Source of the DNA: an uncultured bacterium
Lineage (GTDB): Bacteria; Planctomycetota; Phycisphaerae; UBA1845
Direction: 5' to 3'
NCBI GenBank assembly: GCA_965364865.1
Contig: CBDTZI010000001.1
Span: 1-29,674, forward strand
DNA length: 29,674 bases
The position numbers and the translations under genes were made by a program. Of the stretch, positions 1 through 9,683 are shown piece by piece (position 1 is the stretch's first letter; the number at the start of each line of letters is the position of its first letter). The notes under the pieces were generated by a model. The model ran no database searches, was not told the DNA's origin, and was given only the letters and a program-made list of their open reading frames with translations.

Positions 1-1347
1 CCCACCGCCGCTTCGATCGATGAAATGCCCAGCCCTGCTGTGGGCCTGAAGGATCGATCGGCCCGCTACTACCCGTTGGGATCCTTGATGTCTCAAGTGA
101 TCGGGTTTGTTGGCAAAGATGGTATAGGTCTGGAGGGTATCGAGCTTTTATACGATCAGCATCTTAGGGGTCGTGACGGTCAGCGTGCGACCATTCGTGA
201 CGCACGACGACGCGCACTAAAAAGAGAATCCGACAAATATCGCGCACCCGTAGATGGCGGGCACATCGTACTCACTATTGATGCGGAAATTCAGCGCATC
301 ACCCACGAAGCGTTGTTGGCTGCGGTTGAAAAATTAGAAGCGCAAAGCGCGGTGGCAATTGTTATGTCTCCCAAGACCGGCGAAATACTGGCGATGTCTA
401 ACGTGCCCACCTACGACGCCAACAACGCACGCAACGTAGACCCTGAACTGAGGCGTAATCGTTGTCTGACAGATCCTGCAGAGCCGGGTAGCGCGATCAA
501 ACCGGTGATCACCAGCGGCGCGTTGGCGGGTGGGTTTGTTTCGATCACGGAAAAAATAAACTGCTACAACGGATACCATAATTTTGGCGGATACAAAGTC
601 GAAGACACAAAACCGTCCGCCTCACTGGATTTGATGGGGATCATCACCAAAAGCAGCAACATCGGGATGGCCACCATCGGCCATCGCATGGGCAATCAGG
701 TGTTGCATGACACACTATCTGGATTCGGATTTGGTCAGAAAACGGGGCTTCGTTTTATTGGTGAAACGCAGGGTCTGGTTCGACCCGTTCAAAAGTGGAC
801 CAGTTATTCGACCACCGGAGTAAGCTTTGGTTATGAAATCAGCGTCACCCCGATGCAACTGGCCAACGCTTACTGCGCCATCGTCAACGGCGGATTTCTG
901 CTCAAACCCAAACTCGTCAAACAATTACTCGATTCCGAGGGTCAGATCGTTCAATCGTTTGAAGAGCCGGATGTGATTCGGCGCGTTGTCCCGCAGGATG
1001 TCGCGGACTACGTTTCTAAAGAGCTGTTGGTTTCGGTGGTGGAAAATGGCGGCGGTAAAAAAGCACAGATCGGTCGCTATCGAGTGATGGGCAAGACCGG
1101 AACAGCCAAGTTGCCCTACACTAATCGAGCGGGATATGAAGATGGTGCGTACACGAGTACGTTTGTGGGAGCCGCTCCGGTTTCTGACCCTTCAATTGTG
1201 GTTTTGGTGGTGATTCGCCGCCCGAATCCAAAGATTAATTTTTACGGTTCACAGACCTCAGCTCCCGCAGCCGGCGAAATTATCAAAGCGGCTTTGTCGT
1301 ACATGAATGTTCCGCCGGATCGAAACGCGATGCTGACGGGGCTGTGA
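1..1347 (+). CDS. ftsI: Penicillin-binding protein, class B (FtsI/PBP3 transpeptidase), 5'-truncated by window edge
   Basis: Frame is open from base 1 (PTAASIDEMP...). PBP dimerisation-domain motifs RYYP and GLEGIE, and transpeptidase motifs SxxK (EPGSAIKP), SxN (KSSNIG) and KTG (GKTGTA). First gene of a mur cluster. Confidence 0.93.
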   Translation, partial: PTAASIDEMPSPAVGLKDRSARYYPLGSLMSQVIGFVGKDGIGLEGIELLYDQHLRGRDGQRATIRDARRRALKRESDKYRAPVDGGHIVLTIDAEIQRITHEALLAAVEKLEAQSAVAIVMSPKTGEILAMSNVPTYDANNARNVDPELRRNRCLTDPAEPGSAIKPVITSGALAGGFVSITEKINCYNGYHNFGGYKVEDTKPSASLDLMGIITKSSNIGMATIGHRMGNQVLHDTLSGFGFGQKTGLRFIGETQGLVRPVQKWTSYSTTGVSFGYEISVTPMQLANAYCAIVNGGFLLKPKLVKQLLDSEGQIVQSFEEPDVIRRVVPQDVADYVSKELLVSVVENGGGKKAQIGRYRVMGKTGTAKLPYTNRAGYEDGAYTSTFVGAAPVSDPSIVVLVVIRRPNPKINFYGSQTSAPAAGEIIKAALSYMNVPPDRNAMLTGL

Positions 1348-1415
1348 TTTGTTTTGCATGTTGGGCGGTCGATTCACCAGATGACAGGGCGGGCTGAGCG
1401 AATACAATTTTACCC

Positions 1416-2966
1416 ATGAACTCTTTTGATCCAACCAGCATATTTGGCCAATGGAACCTGTGCGATTTGTTGCAGCGTGCCGGTGTGGTCGGTGTACAGA
1501 ATGAGACATCATATGAAAACACAACCATTACTTCACTGACTGCGGATTCTCGCGCGGTCAAACCGGGGTGCTGTTTTGTGGCGATCAAAGGTACGCATGT
1601 CGACAGCCATGATTTTTTGGAATCGGTGGTTCAAGCCGGAGCCGCTGCGGTGGTGGTGGAAAACGAGGTCGAGTTATCCGACGGCGTTGCGATCGTTCGA
1701 GTTGCGGATACGAAATCGGCATTTTCAAAACTGGTTGCGGTTTGTAGTGGATTGTACGGTTCAAGTGACTCATCCATGCGTTTGATGGGCATCACCGGAA
1801 CCAACGGCAAGACAACTGTCGCCTGGATCCTCCGTTCGATTTTTCAGGCCGCCCGTGAAAAAACGGCGCTGATCGGGACCATCGAATACGATTTAATTCA
1901 CGAACAACGCAAAGCTTCGTTAACCACACCCGACGCGCTGGAACTGTGTACGTCACTGGTGACCGCAAAGCAAGCGGGTGCGAAATTTGGCATACTGGAA
2001 GTTTCTTCGCACGCTCTCAAACAAAAGCGATGTGACGGGTTATTATTTTCAGCCGCCATCTTTACCAACCTGTCCGGCGATCATCTGGATTATCACGGCG
2101 ATATGGAATCGTATTTTTCTGCAAAGCGGCGACTGTTTGATGGCCTGGAACCCAACGGAGCAGCCATCGTCAACAAAGACGATCCCTATGGTCAGCGACT
2201 AGTGCGTGAACTTGATCGTGAAGTTGTCACCTATGGGATCGATTCGGATGAGGTTGATGTCGGAGTCACGATTAACAACGTGACACCCCAAGGCAGCGAA
2301 GTTGTTATTCATGGTAAGACATTTGAGCGCGAATTGCGTTTGTCATTATTAGGGATGCATAATATTTCCAACGCGCTGGCGGCGGTTGCAACCGCTGAGG
2401 TGATGGGGATTTCTGCGGACGCGATTGTTGAGGGGTTGAAAAAAATAAAAGGCGTGCCTGGCCGATTACAAAGGGTCGTACCGGACGGCGTAACCCATCC
2501 CTGGCCCTATTCGGTCCTGGTGGATTACGCACATACCGACGCCGCGTTGGAAAATGTGTTGCGGGCGTTGAAACCGTTGACACAAAATCGGTTGATCTGC
2601 GTTTTTGGTTGTGGCGGGGATCGGGATCGACAGAAGCGACCCAGGATGGCTGCGGCTGCTCAGCAATGGTCGGATCGGGTGTTTGTGACCTCGGATAATC
2701 CGCGTGGTGAGAATCCCGAAGCGATCATAGAACAGATTCTTCCGGGTTTTACACGGAAAAACAGCTGTCAGTTTGAGGTCGAGGTTGATCGAAAAAAAGC
2801 GATCGAAGCCGCGATACGTTTTGCTGAGCCTGGCGATTCCGTGTTGATCGCGGGTAAAGGTCATGAGGATTATCAACTGGTGGGGGATCAGGTTTTGCAT
2901 TTCGACGATGTCGAGGTGGCACGGGCGTGCATGGAAAAACTCAGCGTGCGGGGGGCGGTCGCATGA
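1416..2966 (+). CDS. murE: UDP-N-acetylmuramoyl-L-alanyl-D-glutamate--2,6-diaminopimelate ligase
   Basis: Mur ligase P-loop GITGTNGKTT, LEVSSHAL, FTNLSGDHLDYH, DYAHT, VFGCGGDRD, TSDNPR and IAGKGHE. Position after ftsI. Confidence 0.96.
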   Translation: MNSFDPTSIFGQWNLCDLLQRAGVVGVQNETSYENTTITSLTADSRAVKPGCCFVAIKGTHVDSHDFLESVVQAGAAAVVVENEVELSDGVAIVRVADTKSAFSKLVAVCSGLYGSSDSSMRLMGITGTNGKTTVAWILRSIFQAAREKTALIGTIEYDLIHEQRKASLTTPDALELCTSLVTAKQAGAKFGILEVSSHALKQKRCDGLLFSAAIFTNLSGDHLDYHGDMESYFSAKRRLFDGLEPNGAAIVNKDDPYGQRLVRELDREVVTYGIDSDEVDVGVTINNVTPQGSEVVIHGKTFERELRLSLLGMHNISNALAAVATAEVMGISADAIVEGLKKIKGVPGRLQRVVPDGVTHPWPYSVLVDYAHTDAALENVLRALKPLTQNRLICVFGCGGDRDRQKRPRMAAAAQQWSDRVFVTSDNPRGENPEAIIEQILPGFTRKNSCQFEVEVDRKKAIEAAIRFAEPGDSVLIAGKGHEDYQLVGDQVLHFDDVEVARACMEKLSVRGAVA

Positions 2967-4486
2967 TTGCCATGTCCGTGAATCAATTGGTTGAGGCTAT
3001 AAGTGCACAAATTGTAAGTAATGCGCGAGCCAATCGGTCAACGCAAGACACCGGCGGACAAGCCGTCAGTGGCACTTGGGGAGATAACAAAGTATCGCGT
3101 GCGGTTATTGATTCGCGAATCGTGCAAGAGGGCGATTTGTTTTTCGCCATCCGCGGCGAGAAATTTGATGGCCATGATTTTGTTCAAAGTGCGTTTGAAA
3201 AAGGTGCAGCCGTCTGTGTGGTGGATCGAAAATTTGTTGAATCGAATCCCACTGTTCGAGAATTGAACGTACTGCTTTTGGTTGTGGATGATACGGTCGA
3301 TGCGCTTGGGTGGTTGGGTGCGTATTATCGCAGCACAGTGATGTCTGCGGATACAACGGTCATCGCGGTGACCGGCAGCAACGGTAAAACGACTACCAAG
3401 CGGATGATCGATCATGTTCTGCGAGATTCATTTGTGGGCCGGGCGTCTGAAAAAAGTTTTAATAATCAATACGGCGTGCCGCTGACGCTTCTATCGTGTG
3501 AGGTCGATGATCAATATCTGATTGTGGAAATCGGCACCAACGCGCCGGGTGAAATTGCGACGTTGTCAAAAATGACTTCACCTGATATCGCGGTCATCAC
3601 ATCAATCGGCGAAGCCCACCTGGAAGGACTGGGTGATGTGGACGCGATCGTAAAAGAAAAACTCTCCCTGATAGATTACGTTCGTCCGGGTAGTGCCACG
3701 TTTGTCAATGTCGATCGAGAAGAGATGGCTGCGTTGGTCGAGGACAAAAAGTACAACAGCGAAAGAGAAAAAATAAACGTAAAAACTATCGGATTTTCTC
3801 AAAAGGCAGATTATTCAGTTAGCGTCGTGGAGTTATCGCTGGAAAAAACGGTTTTTTCACTTGAACATTACGGTCAATTTGAATTGCCTCTACCCGGTCT
3901 GCATCACGCCACCAACGCGGCCGCTGCTTTTTGTGTAGCGAATCATATGGGTATAAATCCGATTACAATCATTCGACGATTGGCTACGTTCTCGGCGGTG
4001 GATGGTCGATCACGCGTAATCGAGGTCGGCGGCGTGAAGCTGGTGGATGATACCTACAACGCCAACCCCGCTAGCGTTTCTGCGGCGGTGACTACGCTGG
4101 GTCAACTGAAATGTTCCAGGCGAATTTTTGTGCTGGGCGATATGTTTGAGCTGGGCGAACACTCACTCGAAATGCACAAAGAAGTGATCCAGCTCATGGT
4201 AGACGCTGAGATCGAAATCGTGGTCACCGTGGGCGAAATATCCTTCTCCGCAGTCAACCCCATAAAAAATAAATCGCACCGAACGAAAATTTTATCGTTT
4301 CAAAAACATCAAGATGCGAGTTCCGCGTTGGTGAAAATGTTGATCGAAGGTGATGTGGTGTGGCTCAAGGGATCGCGGGTCATGGCCTTGGAGCGAGTTG
4401 TGAATGAGGTGAGTGAACAACTGACATTATATTCCACCGTGATTGAAAGTGGGATCACAAGCCGTAAAAAAATTGTGGCTGGGTAA
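2963..4486 (+). CDS. murF: UDP-N-acetylmuramoyl-tripeptide--D-alanyl-D-alanine ligase
   Basis: DSR...FFAIRGEKFDGHDF, VTGSNGKTTTK, SFNNQYGVPLTL, EIGTN...GEI, GEAHLEG, DDTYNANPAS, LGDMFELG and LKGSR. Start placed at ATG 2963 because it overlaps the murE stop as ATGA (ORF track starts at 2927). Confidence 0.95.
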   Translation: MIAMSVNQLVEAISAQIVSNARANRSTQDTGGQAVSGTWGDNKVSRAVIDSRIVQEGDLFFAIRGEKFDGHDFVQSAFEKGAAVCVVDRKFVESNPTVRELNVLLLVVDDTVDALGWLGAYYRSTVMSADTTVIAVTGSNGKTTTKRMIDHVLRDSFVGRASEKSFNNQYGVPLTLLSCEVDDQYLIVEIGTNAPGEIATLSKMTSPDIAVITSIGEAHLEGLGDVDAIVKEKLSLIDYVRPGSATFVNVDREEMAALVEDKKYNSEREKINVKTIGFSQKADYSVSVVELSLEKTVFSLEHYGQFELPLPGLHHATNAAAAFCVANHMGINPITIIRRLATFSAVDGRSRVIEVGGVKLVDDTYNANPASVSAAVTTLGQLKCSRRIFVLGDMFELGEHSLEMHKEVIQLMVDAEIEIVVTVGEISFSAVNPIKNKSHRTKILSFQKHQDASSALVKMLIEGDVVWLKGSRVMALERVVNEVSEQLTLYSTVIESGITSRKKIVAG

Positions 4487-4508
4487 TATTTTATAGGCGA
4501 AACCAAGC

Positions 4509-5657
4509 GTGTTATATCATCTGTTGGAACAATTTTTTGAAGGTCGTCATTACGCGTATGAAAATACGCTGTTCCGCGGTGCGTGTGCGGCGCTGTTTTG
4601 TTTCCTGCTGATTCTCGTGGGGCTTCCTCGGTTGATTCGCGTATTGATCAAACGCAAAATGGGCGATCGGCCCGAGTTTGATCACGCTTCGTTGAACGAG
4701 TTAACCCGCGACAAAAACAATGTACCCACCATGGGCGGGATTTTGATCATCGTAGCCATCGCTGCGGCGATTCTGCTGCTCTCGGATTTAACCAATTTTT
4801 ATATTCATATGTCTTTGCTCTGTTTGTGTTGGCTTGGTGTGATGGGCATGGTGGATGACTGGCTGAAATTAACCGCAAAACGCCGAACCCAGTCACGCGA
4901 CGGGCTGAAAATGTATCAGAAGCTTCTTTTTCAGGTCGGACTCGGCGTAATTTTGGGATACTACATCTACCGGCACGGTCGAAGCAATTTCAACTACGCG
5001 GTGTTGAGTCCGCTGGTGGAGACGGGGACGATTCCGGCGTACAAAATTCTCGCGGTTCCTTTTTATAAGGCTGGCCTGATCCTCGGGCCGATCGCATTTA
5101 TGATCGTCACCGTGCTGGTGATGTCGGGCACGTCGAACGCGGTGAACCTGACCGATGGCATGGACGGCCTGGCTTCAGGTTGCGTGGCGATGTGTTCGTT
5201 GGTTTTTTTGATACTGACTTATATCGTGGGCACGCAGGACTTAGCTGCTAAGCTTTTGTTCACGCACATCCCGATGTCCGGTGAGCTGGTGATCGTGTGC
5301 GGTGCGATTCTCGGGTCGTGTCTCGGTTTTCTGTGGTATAACTGTCACCCGGCCAAGGTGTTTATGGGTGATACCGGATCGCTGCCATTGGGCGGATTGA
5401 TCGGGTTTGTCGCGGTGGTCACCCGGCAGGAGTTGATGTTGTTTATCGTAGGCGGTGTGTTTGTGATTGAGGCGGTTTCGGTGATCATGCAGGTGGGCTA
5501 TTTCAAATGGACCGGCGGGAAACGGTTTTTCCGCTGCGCACCCGTGCATCATCATTTTCATCTGAGTGGATGGAGTGAATCGCAGACCGTAGTACGGTTT
5601 TGGCTGCTCGCGGCGATGTTCGCGGCGTTTGCGTTCGCTACGATTAAATTACGATAA
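4509..5657 (+). CDS. mraY: Phospho-N-acetylmuramoyl-pentapeptide transferase
   Basis: Polytopic membrane protein with PTMGG, DDWLK, NAVNLTDGMDGL, FMGDTGS and APVHHHF motifs. GTG start. Confidence 0.97.
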   Translation: MLYHLLEQFFEGRHYAYENTLFRGACAALFCFLLILVGLPRLIRVLIKRKMGDRPEFDHASLNELTRDKNNVPTMGGILIIVAIAAAILLLSDLTNFYIHMSLLCLCWLGVMGMVDDWLKLTAKRRTQSRDGLKMYQKLLFQVGLGVILGYYIYRHGRSNFNYAVLSPLVETGTIPAYKILAVPFYKAGLILGPIAFMIVTVLVMSGTSNAVNLTDGMDGLASGCVAMCSLVFLILTYIVGTQDLAAKLLFTHIPMSGELVIVCGAILGSCLGFLWYNCHPAKVFMGDTGSLPLGGLIGFVAVVTRQELMLFIVGGVFVIEAVSVIMQVGYFKWTGGKRFFRCAPVHHHFHLSGWSESQTVVRFWLLAAMFAAFAFATIKLR

Positions 5658-5687
5658 AGAACTGAGCCGCATGCTTTAGCTTGCGCG

Positions 5688-5706
5688 GTACAGCGAAAAG
5701 CTGTAC
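5688..5706. other. Short stem-loop in the mraY-ftsW spacer
   Basis: GTACAGC-GAAAA-GCTGTAC, a perfect 7-bp inverted repeat with no U-tract after it. Confidence 0.4.
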
Positions 5707-5739
5707 GCATTAGATGTAAATTATTTCAGGGATGAATAG

Positions 5740-6972
5740 TTGATGCCAGCGATTGAAACCGATTCGACCGTAAAACCATACGGGCTGATGTTAGTGGCCT
5801 GCGTGTTGATGGTGATCGGAGTGGTCATGGTCGGTTCCGCAAATGTGTCAATGGATCGTTCATTGTTTGATGAGGGAATGTGGCGAACGTCGTTTGGCCG
5901 CCAGGTTATCTTCGTGGCGGTCGGTTTTATCGTGATGTTCTTGTCATCCGGATTTTCTCAATTCGCACTATCTACGGCTACCCGTCGAAAACGATTAACT
6001 CAGATTTTTTTCTTTGTCACCATGTTGGCGTTGCTGGCGGCGTTGATACCGGGGCTGGGGGATCCTCATCGCGGATCGAACCGCTGGCTGGACTTGAATT
6101 CGGTGGGGCTTGGTGTTGGATTTCAACCGTCCGAGGTGGTTAAGCTTGCGATGATCGCGTTTATGGCTGTGTTGTTGACCCGTCCCGGCGTGGACATCAA
6201 AAATTTTCGCCGTGGTTTGATTCCCCCAGCTTTAGCGCTGGGAGTGGTTGTGCTATTGGTGGGCAGTCAGGATTTTGGCACCGCAGCTTTGATCGGATGT
6301 GTCGGCGGCATGATGTTGTTCGTGGGCGGGTGTCGACTCGCACATTTATCATCCTTTGCGGCTCTGGGATTGGCCGGCATGACCGTCATGCTGTGGACCG
6401 TGCCTTATCGAATGGCCAGGCTTACCGCTTATCAGGATATTTGGGCTGACGCACAGGGTGCGGGGTATCAGCCGGTGCAATCATTAACCTCCATCGTCGC
6501 CGGTGGCTGGTTTGGCCGGGGCTTGGGATCGAGCATTCAAAAATATGGCTATCTGCCCGAAGCACGCACCGATTTTATTTTTTCATTGATCTGTGAAGAG
6601 ACGGGTGTGTTCGGCGGCGTGTTAATTATTCTATTGTTCAGTTTGATCTTGATGATCGGGATCAAAACGGTGTGGTCTGCGCGGTCACGTTTTGAACGGC
6701 TACTCGCGTTTGGATTGACCTCAATGATTGTGTTGCAGGCAGCGATGCACATGGCTGTTGTGACGGTGCTCGCACCGACGACGGGAATGTCGCTGCCCTT
6801 TGTGTCCGCGGGTGGCAGCGGTATCATTACGTTTTCACTGGCGATCGGTGTGCTTTCCGCGATCGCGCGTCGAAGTGATATTCCGATCCGTGCAACGAAC
6901 GCGAAGCAGGATGATCAAACCATGAAGAAAAAAAGAGTCGCATCGCAACCGACCGGAGCGGTTTCATGGTAG
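5740..6972 (+). CDS. ftsW: SEDS-family peptidoglycan glycosyltransferase FtsW
   Basis: About 10 TM segments. GSNRWL, FQPSEVVK, QDFGTA and YQPVQS..GGWFGRGLG..QK..YLPEARTDFIFS..EE motifs. Located directly before murG. Start is TTG 5740 or ATG 5743. Confidence 0.93.
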   Translation: MMPAIETDSTVKPYGLMLVACVLMVIGVVMVGSANVSMDRSLFDEGMWRTSFGRQVIFVAVGFIVMFLSSGFSQFALSTATRRKRLTQIFFFVTMLALLAALIPGLGDPHRGSNRWLDLNSVGLGVGFQPSEVVKLAMIAFMAVLLTRPGVDIKNFRRGLIPPALALGVVVLLVGSQDFGTAALIGCVGGMMLFVGGCRLAHLSSFAALGLAGMTVMLWTVPYRMARLTAYQDIWADAQGAGYQPVQSLTSIVAGGWFGRGLGSSIQKYGYLPEARTDFIFSLICEETGVFGGVLIILLFSLILMIGIKTVWSARSRFERLLAFGLTSMIVLQAAMHMAVVTVLAPTTGMSLPFVSAGGSGIITFSLAIGVLSAIARRSDIPIRATNAKQDDQTMKKKRVASQPTGAVSW

Positions 6973-8147
6973 ACGATTCAATGAGTCACGAGTCGGCGCC
7001 ATTGATCGCGTTTGCGGGCGGAGGAACGGGCGGTCATCTCTACCCGGCGCTGGCGATCGCAGAATCACTCCGCAAAAACATTCCTCATGTACGTATATTA
7101 TTTTTCGGAACCGATCGCGCCATCGACGAACATATCTTGGGTGAAGCGGAGTACGAGTGGGTGCGTCAGTCGATCCCGGCGCTTTCCAAAAATCCTTGGC
7201 AGTGGATTTCACTGATCAAGCGTTTTAGAAAAGTGAGTGCGGACTGTCGAATGCGGTTTGAATCGGATCGACCGGTGATGGTGATCGGTTCGGGGGGCAT
7301 GGGATCGGTCCCGGCGATGCGTGCGGCGCATAAGCTGGGGATTCCAACCGCCCTGATGAATCCGGATGTGTTACCGGGTCGAGCCAATCGACATTTGACC
7401 CGTCGTGCCGATTTGATTTTCGTGCAATGGGAGGATGCCGTGGTGCAATTTCCCTCCACTTCAAAAGTCAGGGTTACGGGTTGTCCTGTGCGGTCCACTT
7501 TTCTTCATGCGGATCGATCCGCTGGATTGAAACGGTATAACCTTGATCCGAATAAAAAGACGTTGTTGATTACGGGCGCTTCGCAGGGTGCGCGCAACAT
7601 CAATTTTGCAGCTATTACCATTTTACCTTTCCTTCAAAATTTTGAGGACTGGCAGATTTTGCATTTGACCGGCCACGCCGATTACGATTCGGTTCGCGCT
7701 GCGTATGAGAAATCTTCCGTGCAGGGTACGGTTGTCGCGTATACGGATCACATGGCTGATGCACTGGCGGCGTCGGATCTTGTGATCGCGCGGGCGGGTG
7801 CGTCATTCCTGGCTGAATTGATGGCGGTGGGCAAAGCCTCAATTTTAATTCCCTATCCCTACCACAAGGATCAACATCAACTCGCCAACGCAAAATGTCT
7901 GGCCAAGGTGGCTGCGGCGAAAATTGTTCACGATTCACTCGATCCAGAGATTAACGGTGCTTCGCTTCAGCGAGAGTTGGAATTATTGATGTGCGACCAT
8001 GAAATGCGTCATTCGATGGACGAAGCAGCGAAAAATCTGGGTTGTAAAGATGTCGCGGAAAAAATTGCACAAATCATAATACAAACCACCCATCTACAGG
8101 CTCAAAATCGGGGCTGTGAAATGATGGAGCCGGTTTGTTCGACCTGA
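6966..8147 (+). CDS. murG: Undecaprenyl-PP-MurNAc-pentapeptide GlcNAc transferase
   Basis: N-terminal AGGGTGGHLYP, GCPVR, GASQGA, RAGAS and HQLANA (GT28 motifs). Overlaps the ftsW stop. Confidence 0.95.
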   Translation: MVDDSMSHESAPLIAFAGGGTGGHLYPALAIAESLRKNIPHVRILFFGTDRAIDEHILGEAEYEWVRQSIPALSKNPWQWISLIKRFRKVSADCRMRFESDRPVMVIGSGGMGSVPAMRAAHKLGIPTALMNPDVLPGRANRHLTRRADLIFVQWEDAVVQFPSTSKVRVTGCPVRSTFLHADRSAGLKRYNLDPNKKTLLITGASQGARNINFAAITILPFLQNFEDWQILHLTGHADYDSVRAAYEKSSVQGTVVAYTDHMADALAASDLVIARAGASFLAELMAVGKASILIPYPYHKDQHQLANAKCLAKVAAAKIVHDSLDPEINGASLQRELELLMCDHEMRHSMDEAAKNLGCKDVAEKIAQIIIQTTHLQAQNRGCEMMEPVCST

Positions 8148-8162
8148 CGATATATCTATAAT
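8135..8162 (+). promoter_or_regulatory. Possible internal sigma70-type promoter upstream of murC
   Basis: Perfect TATAAT at 8157-8162 in the murG-murC gap. Only a weak -35 (TTGTTC, 8135-8140) at 16-nt spacing. Confidence 0.25.
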
Positions 8163-8234
8163 GGGCACAGGCGCGGTTTGTGATCGGTCTTGAATGGGGG
8201 CGGTTATCAAACCGTAATATGATTTCATACCAAC

Positions 8235-9683
8235 ATGAGAAGGATCGACATGCGCGCAGAGATCGAAGGAGCGATGGCCACCCCGATGGTTTCACCCTCT
8301 GTTTTTCAGGATGCCCGGATTCACATGATCGGCATCGGTGGCAGCGGAATGAGTGCGGCGGCGATGATGCTGTTGAAGTTGGGAGCGACCTTAACCGGTT
8401 CGGATCAAATTTCCTTTGACGGGTTGGGAACGCTCGTGCAAAAAGGGGCGCAGATCACCATCGGAGATCAACGACGTCCGATTGATCCTTCTTTGGATTG
8501 GGTGATCCATAGCGCCGCCATTCCGGAATCCAATGTTGAATTGTCCCTGGCTCGTCGATTGGGAATTCGTACGATTAAATACGCGGAATTAATCGGCTTG
8601 CTGATGGTGCACTATCAGGGAGTTGCGATTGCGGGCACCCACGGCAAAAGTACAACCACCGCGATGGCCGCCTTTCTATTCAGTCAAGCCGGTTTGAATC
8701 CATCTTATATTTTTGGTGCACGATCGAGACAACTGGGTGGTGCGAGCGATCTGGGTACGGGTGAACATTTTATCGTTGAGTCGTGCGAGTTTGATCGATC
8801 CTTTTTACATGTTCGGCCATCCTCCGCTGCGATTTTGAACTTGGAAATCGACCATGTGGATTGTTTTCGCAACATGGATGAAATTCTCGAAGCGTTTTCA
8901 AGTTTTGCATCGAACGTGAAAGAAGAGGGCGTGTTGGTTTATAACGCGGACGAGGCGCTGTGTGTAAAAGTTTCATCCGCAGCGAAGGCGAAGGTCGAAT
9001 CGTTTGGCCTGCAAGATGGAGCGGATTGGCGGGCGATTCATCTGCAGAGCGATCATGGCCGTTACGCGTTTGATGTTCAGTATCAAGATGAAATTTTGTT
9101 TTCGACGAAGTTGTCGATACCGGGTTTATATAATGTCAGTAATGCGTTGGCGGCGATTGCGCTATCGTATCATGCGGGCGCCTATCCGGATTGTCTGGCT
9201 GATTCGGTGGCGAGTTTTTCGGGAATCGATCGCCGGCTTACGTTAAAGGGTGTGGGTGGCGGTGTTACAATTGTCGATGATTACGCACATCATCCGACTG
9301 AAATCAAGGTCACGCTCGAAGCGGCACAAAACAGGTATAAACCAAGTCGTACCTGGGTGATTTTTCAGCCTCATCAGGTGGCGCGTACAACGCATTTTAT
9401 GGATCAGTTTGCGACTTCACTCGCGGGCGCGGATGAGGTGATCATCCCGGATGTTTTCGGAGCTCGGGAGTCCGACGCGATCGCGTGTCGAGAAGGGTCG
9501 CAGGAGCTGGCGTCGAAAATTTCCCAACAGGGTCATGAAGCAAAGTATTTTTCTACGTTGAATGAGGTTACAGATCATCTCGTTGCGAATATATCGAAGG
9601 GTGATCTGGTGATGACAATGGGGGCGGGGGATGTATGGAAAGTAGCCGATGAGCTGGTGGAGCGAATTTGCCAACCAAATTGA
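8235..9683 (+). CDS. murC: UDP-N-acetylmuramate--L-alanine ligase
   Basis: IGIGGSGMS, GSD, AGTHGKSTTT, ESCEFDRSF, DDYAHHPTEI, FQPH and MGAGD motifs. True start may be ATG 8250 or 8274. Confidence 0.95.
   Translation: MRRIDMRAEIEGAMATPMVSPSVFQDARIHMIGIGGSGMSAAAMMLLKLGATLTGSDQISFDGLGTLVQKGAQITIGDQRRPIDPSLDWVIHSAAIPESNVELSLARRLGIRTIKYAELIGLLMVHYQGVAIAGTHGKSTTTAMAAFLFSQAGLNPSYIFGARSRQLGGASDLGTGEHFIVESCEFDRSFLHVRPSSAAILNLEIDHVDCFRNMDEILEAFSSFASNVKEEGVLVYNADEALCVKVSSAAKAKVESFGLQDGADWRAIHLQSDHGRYAFDVQYQDEILFSTKLSIPGLYNVSNALAAIALSYHAGAYPDCLADSVASFSGIDRRLTLKGVGGGVTIVDDYAHHPTEIKVTLEAAQNRYKPSRTWVIFQPHQVARTTHFMDQFATSLAGADEVIIPDVFGARESDAIACREGSQELASKISQQGHEAKYFSTLNEVTDHLVANISKGDLVMTMGAGDVWKVADELVERICQPN

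Noticed and set aside
2927-2962. Longer murF start given by the ORF track
   Set aside because: ATG 2963 gives the typical ATGA coupling with murE, and the extra 12 aa overlap murE.
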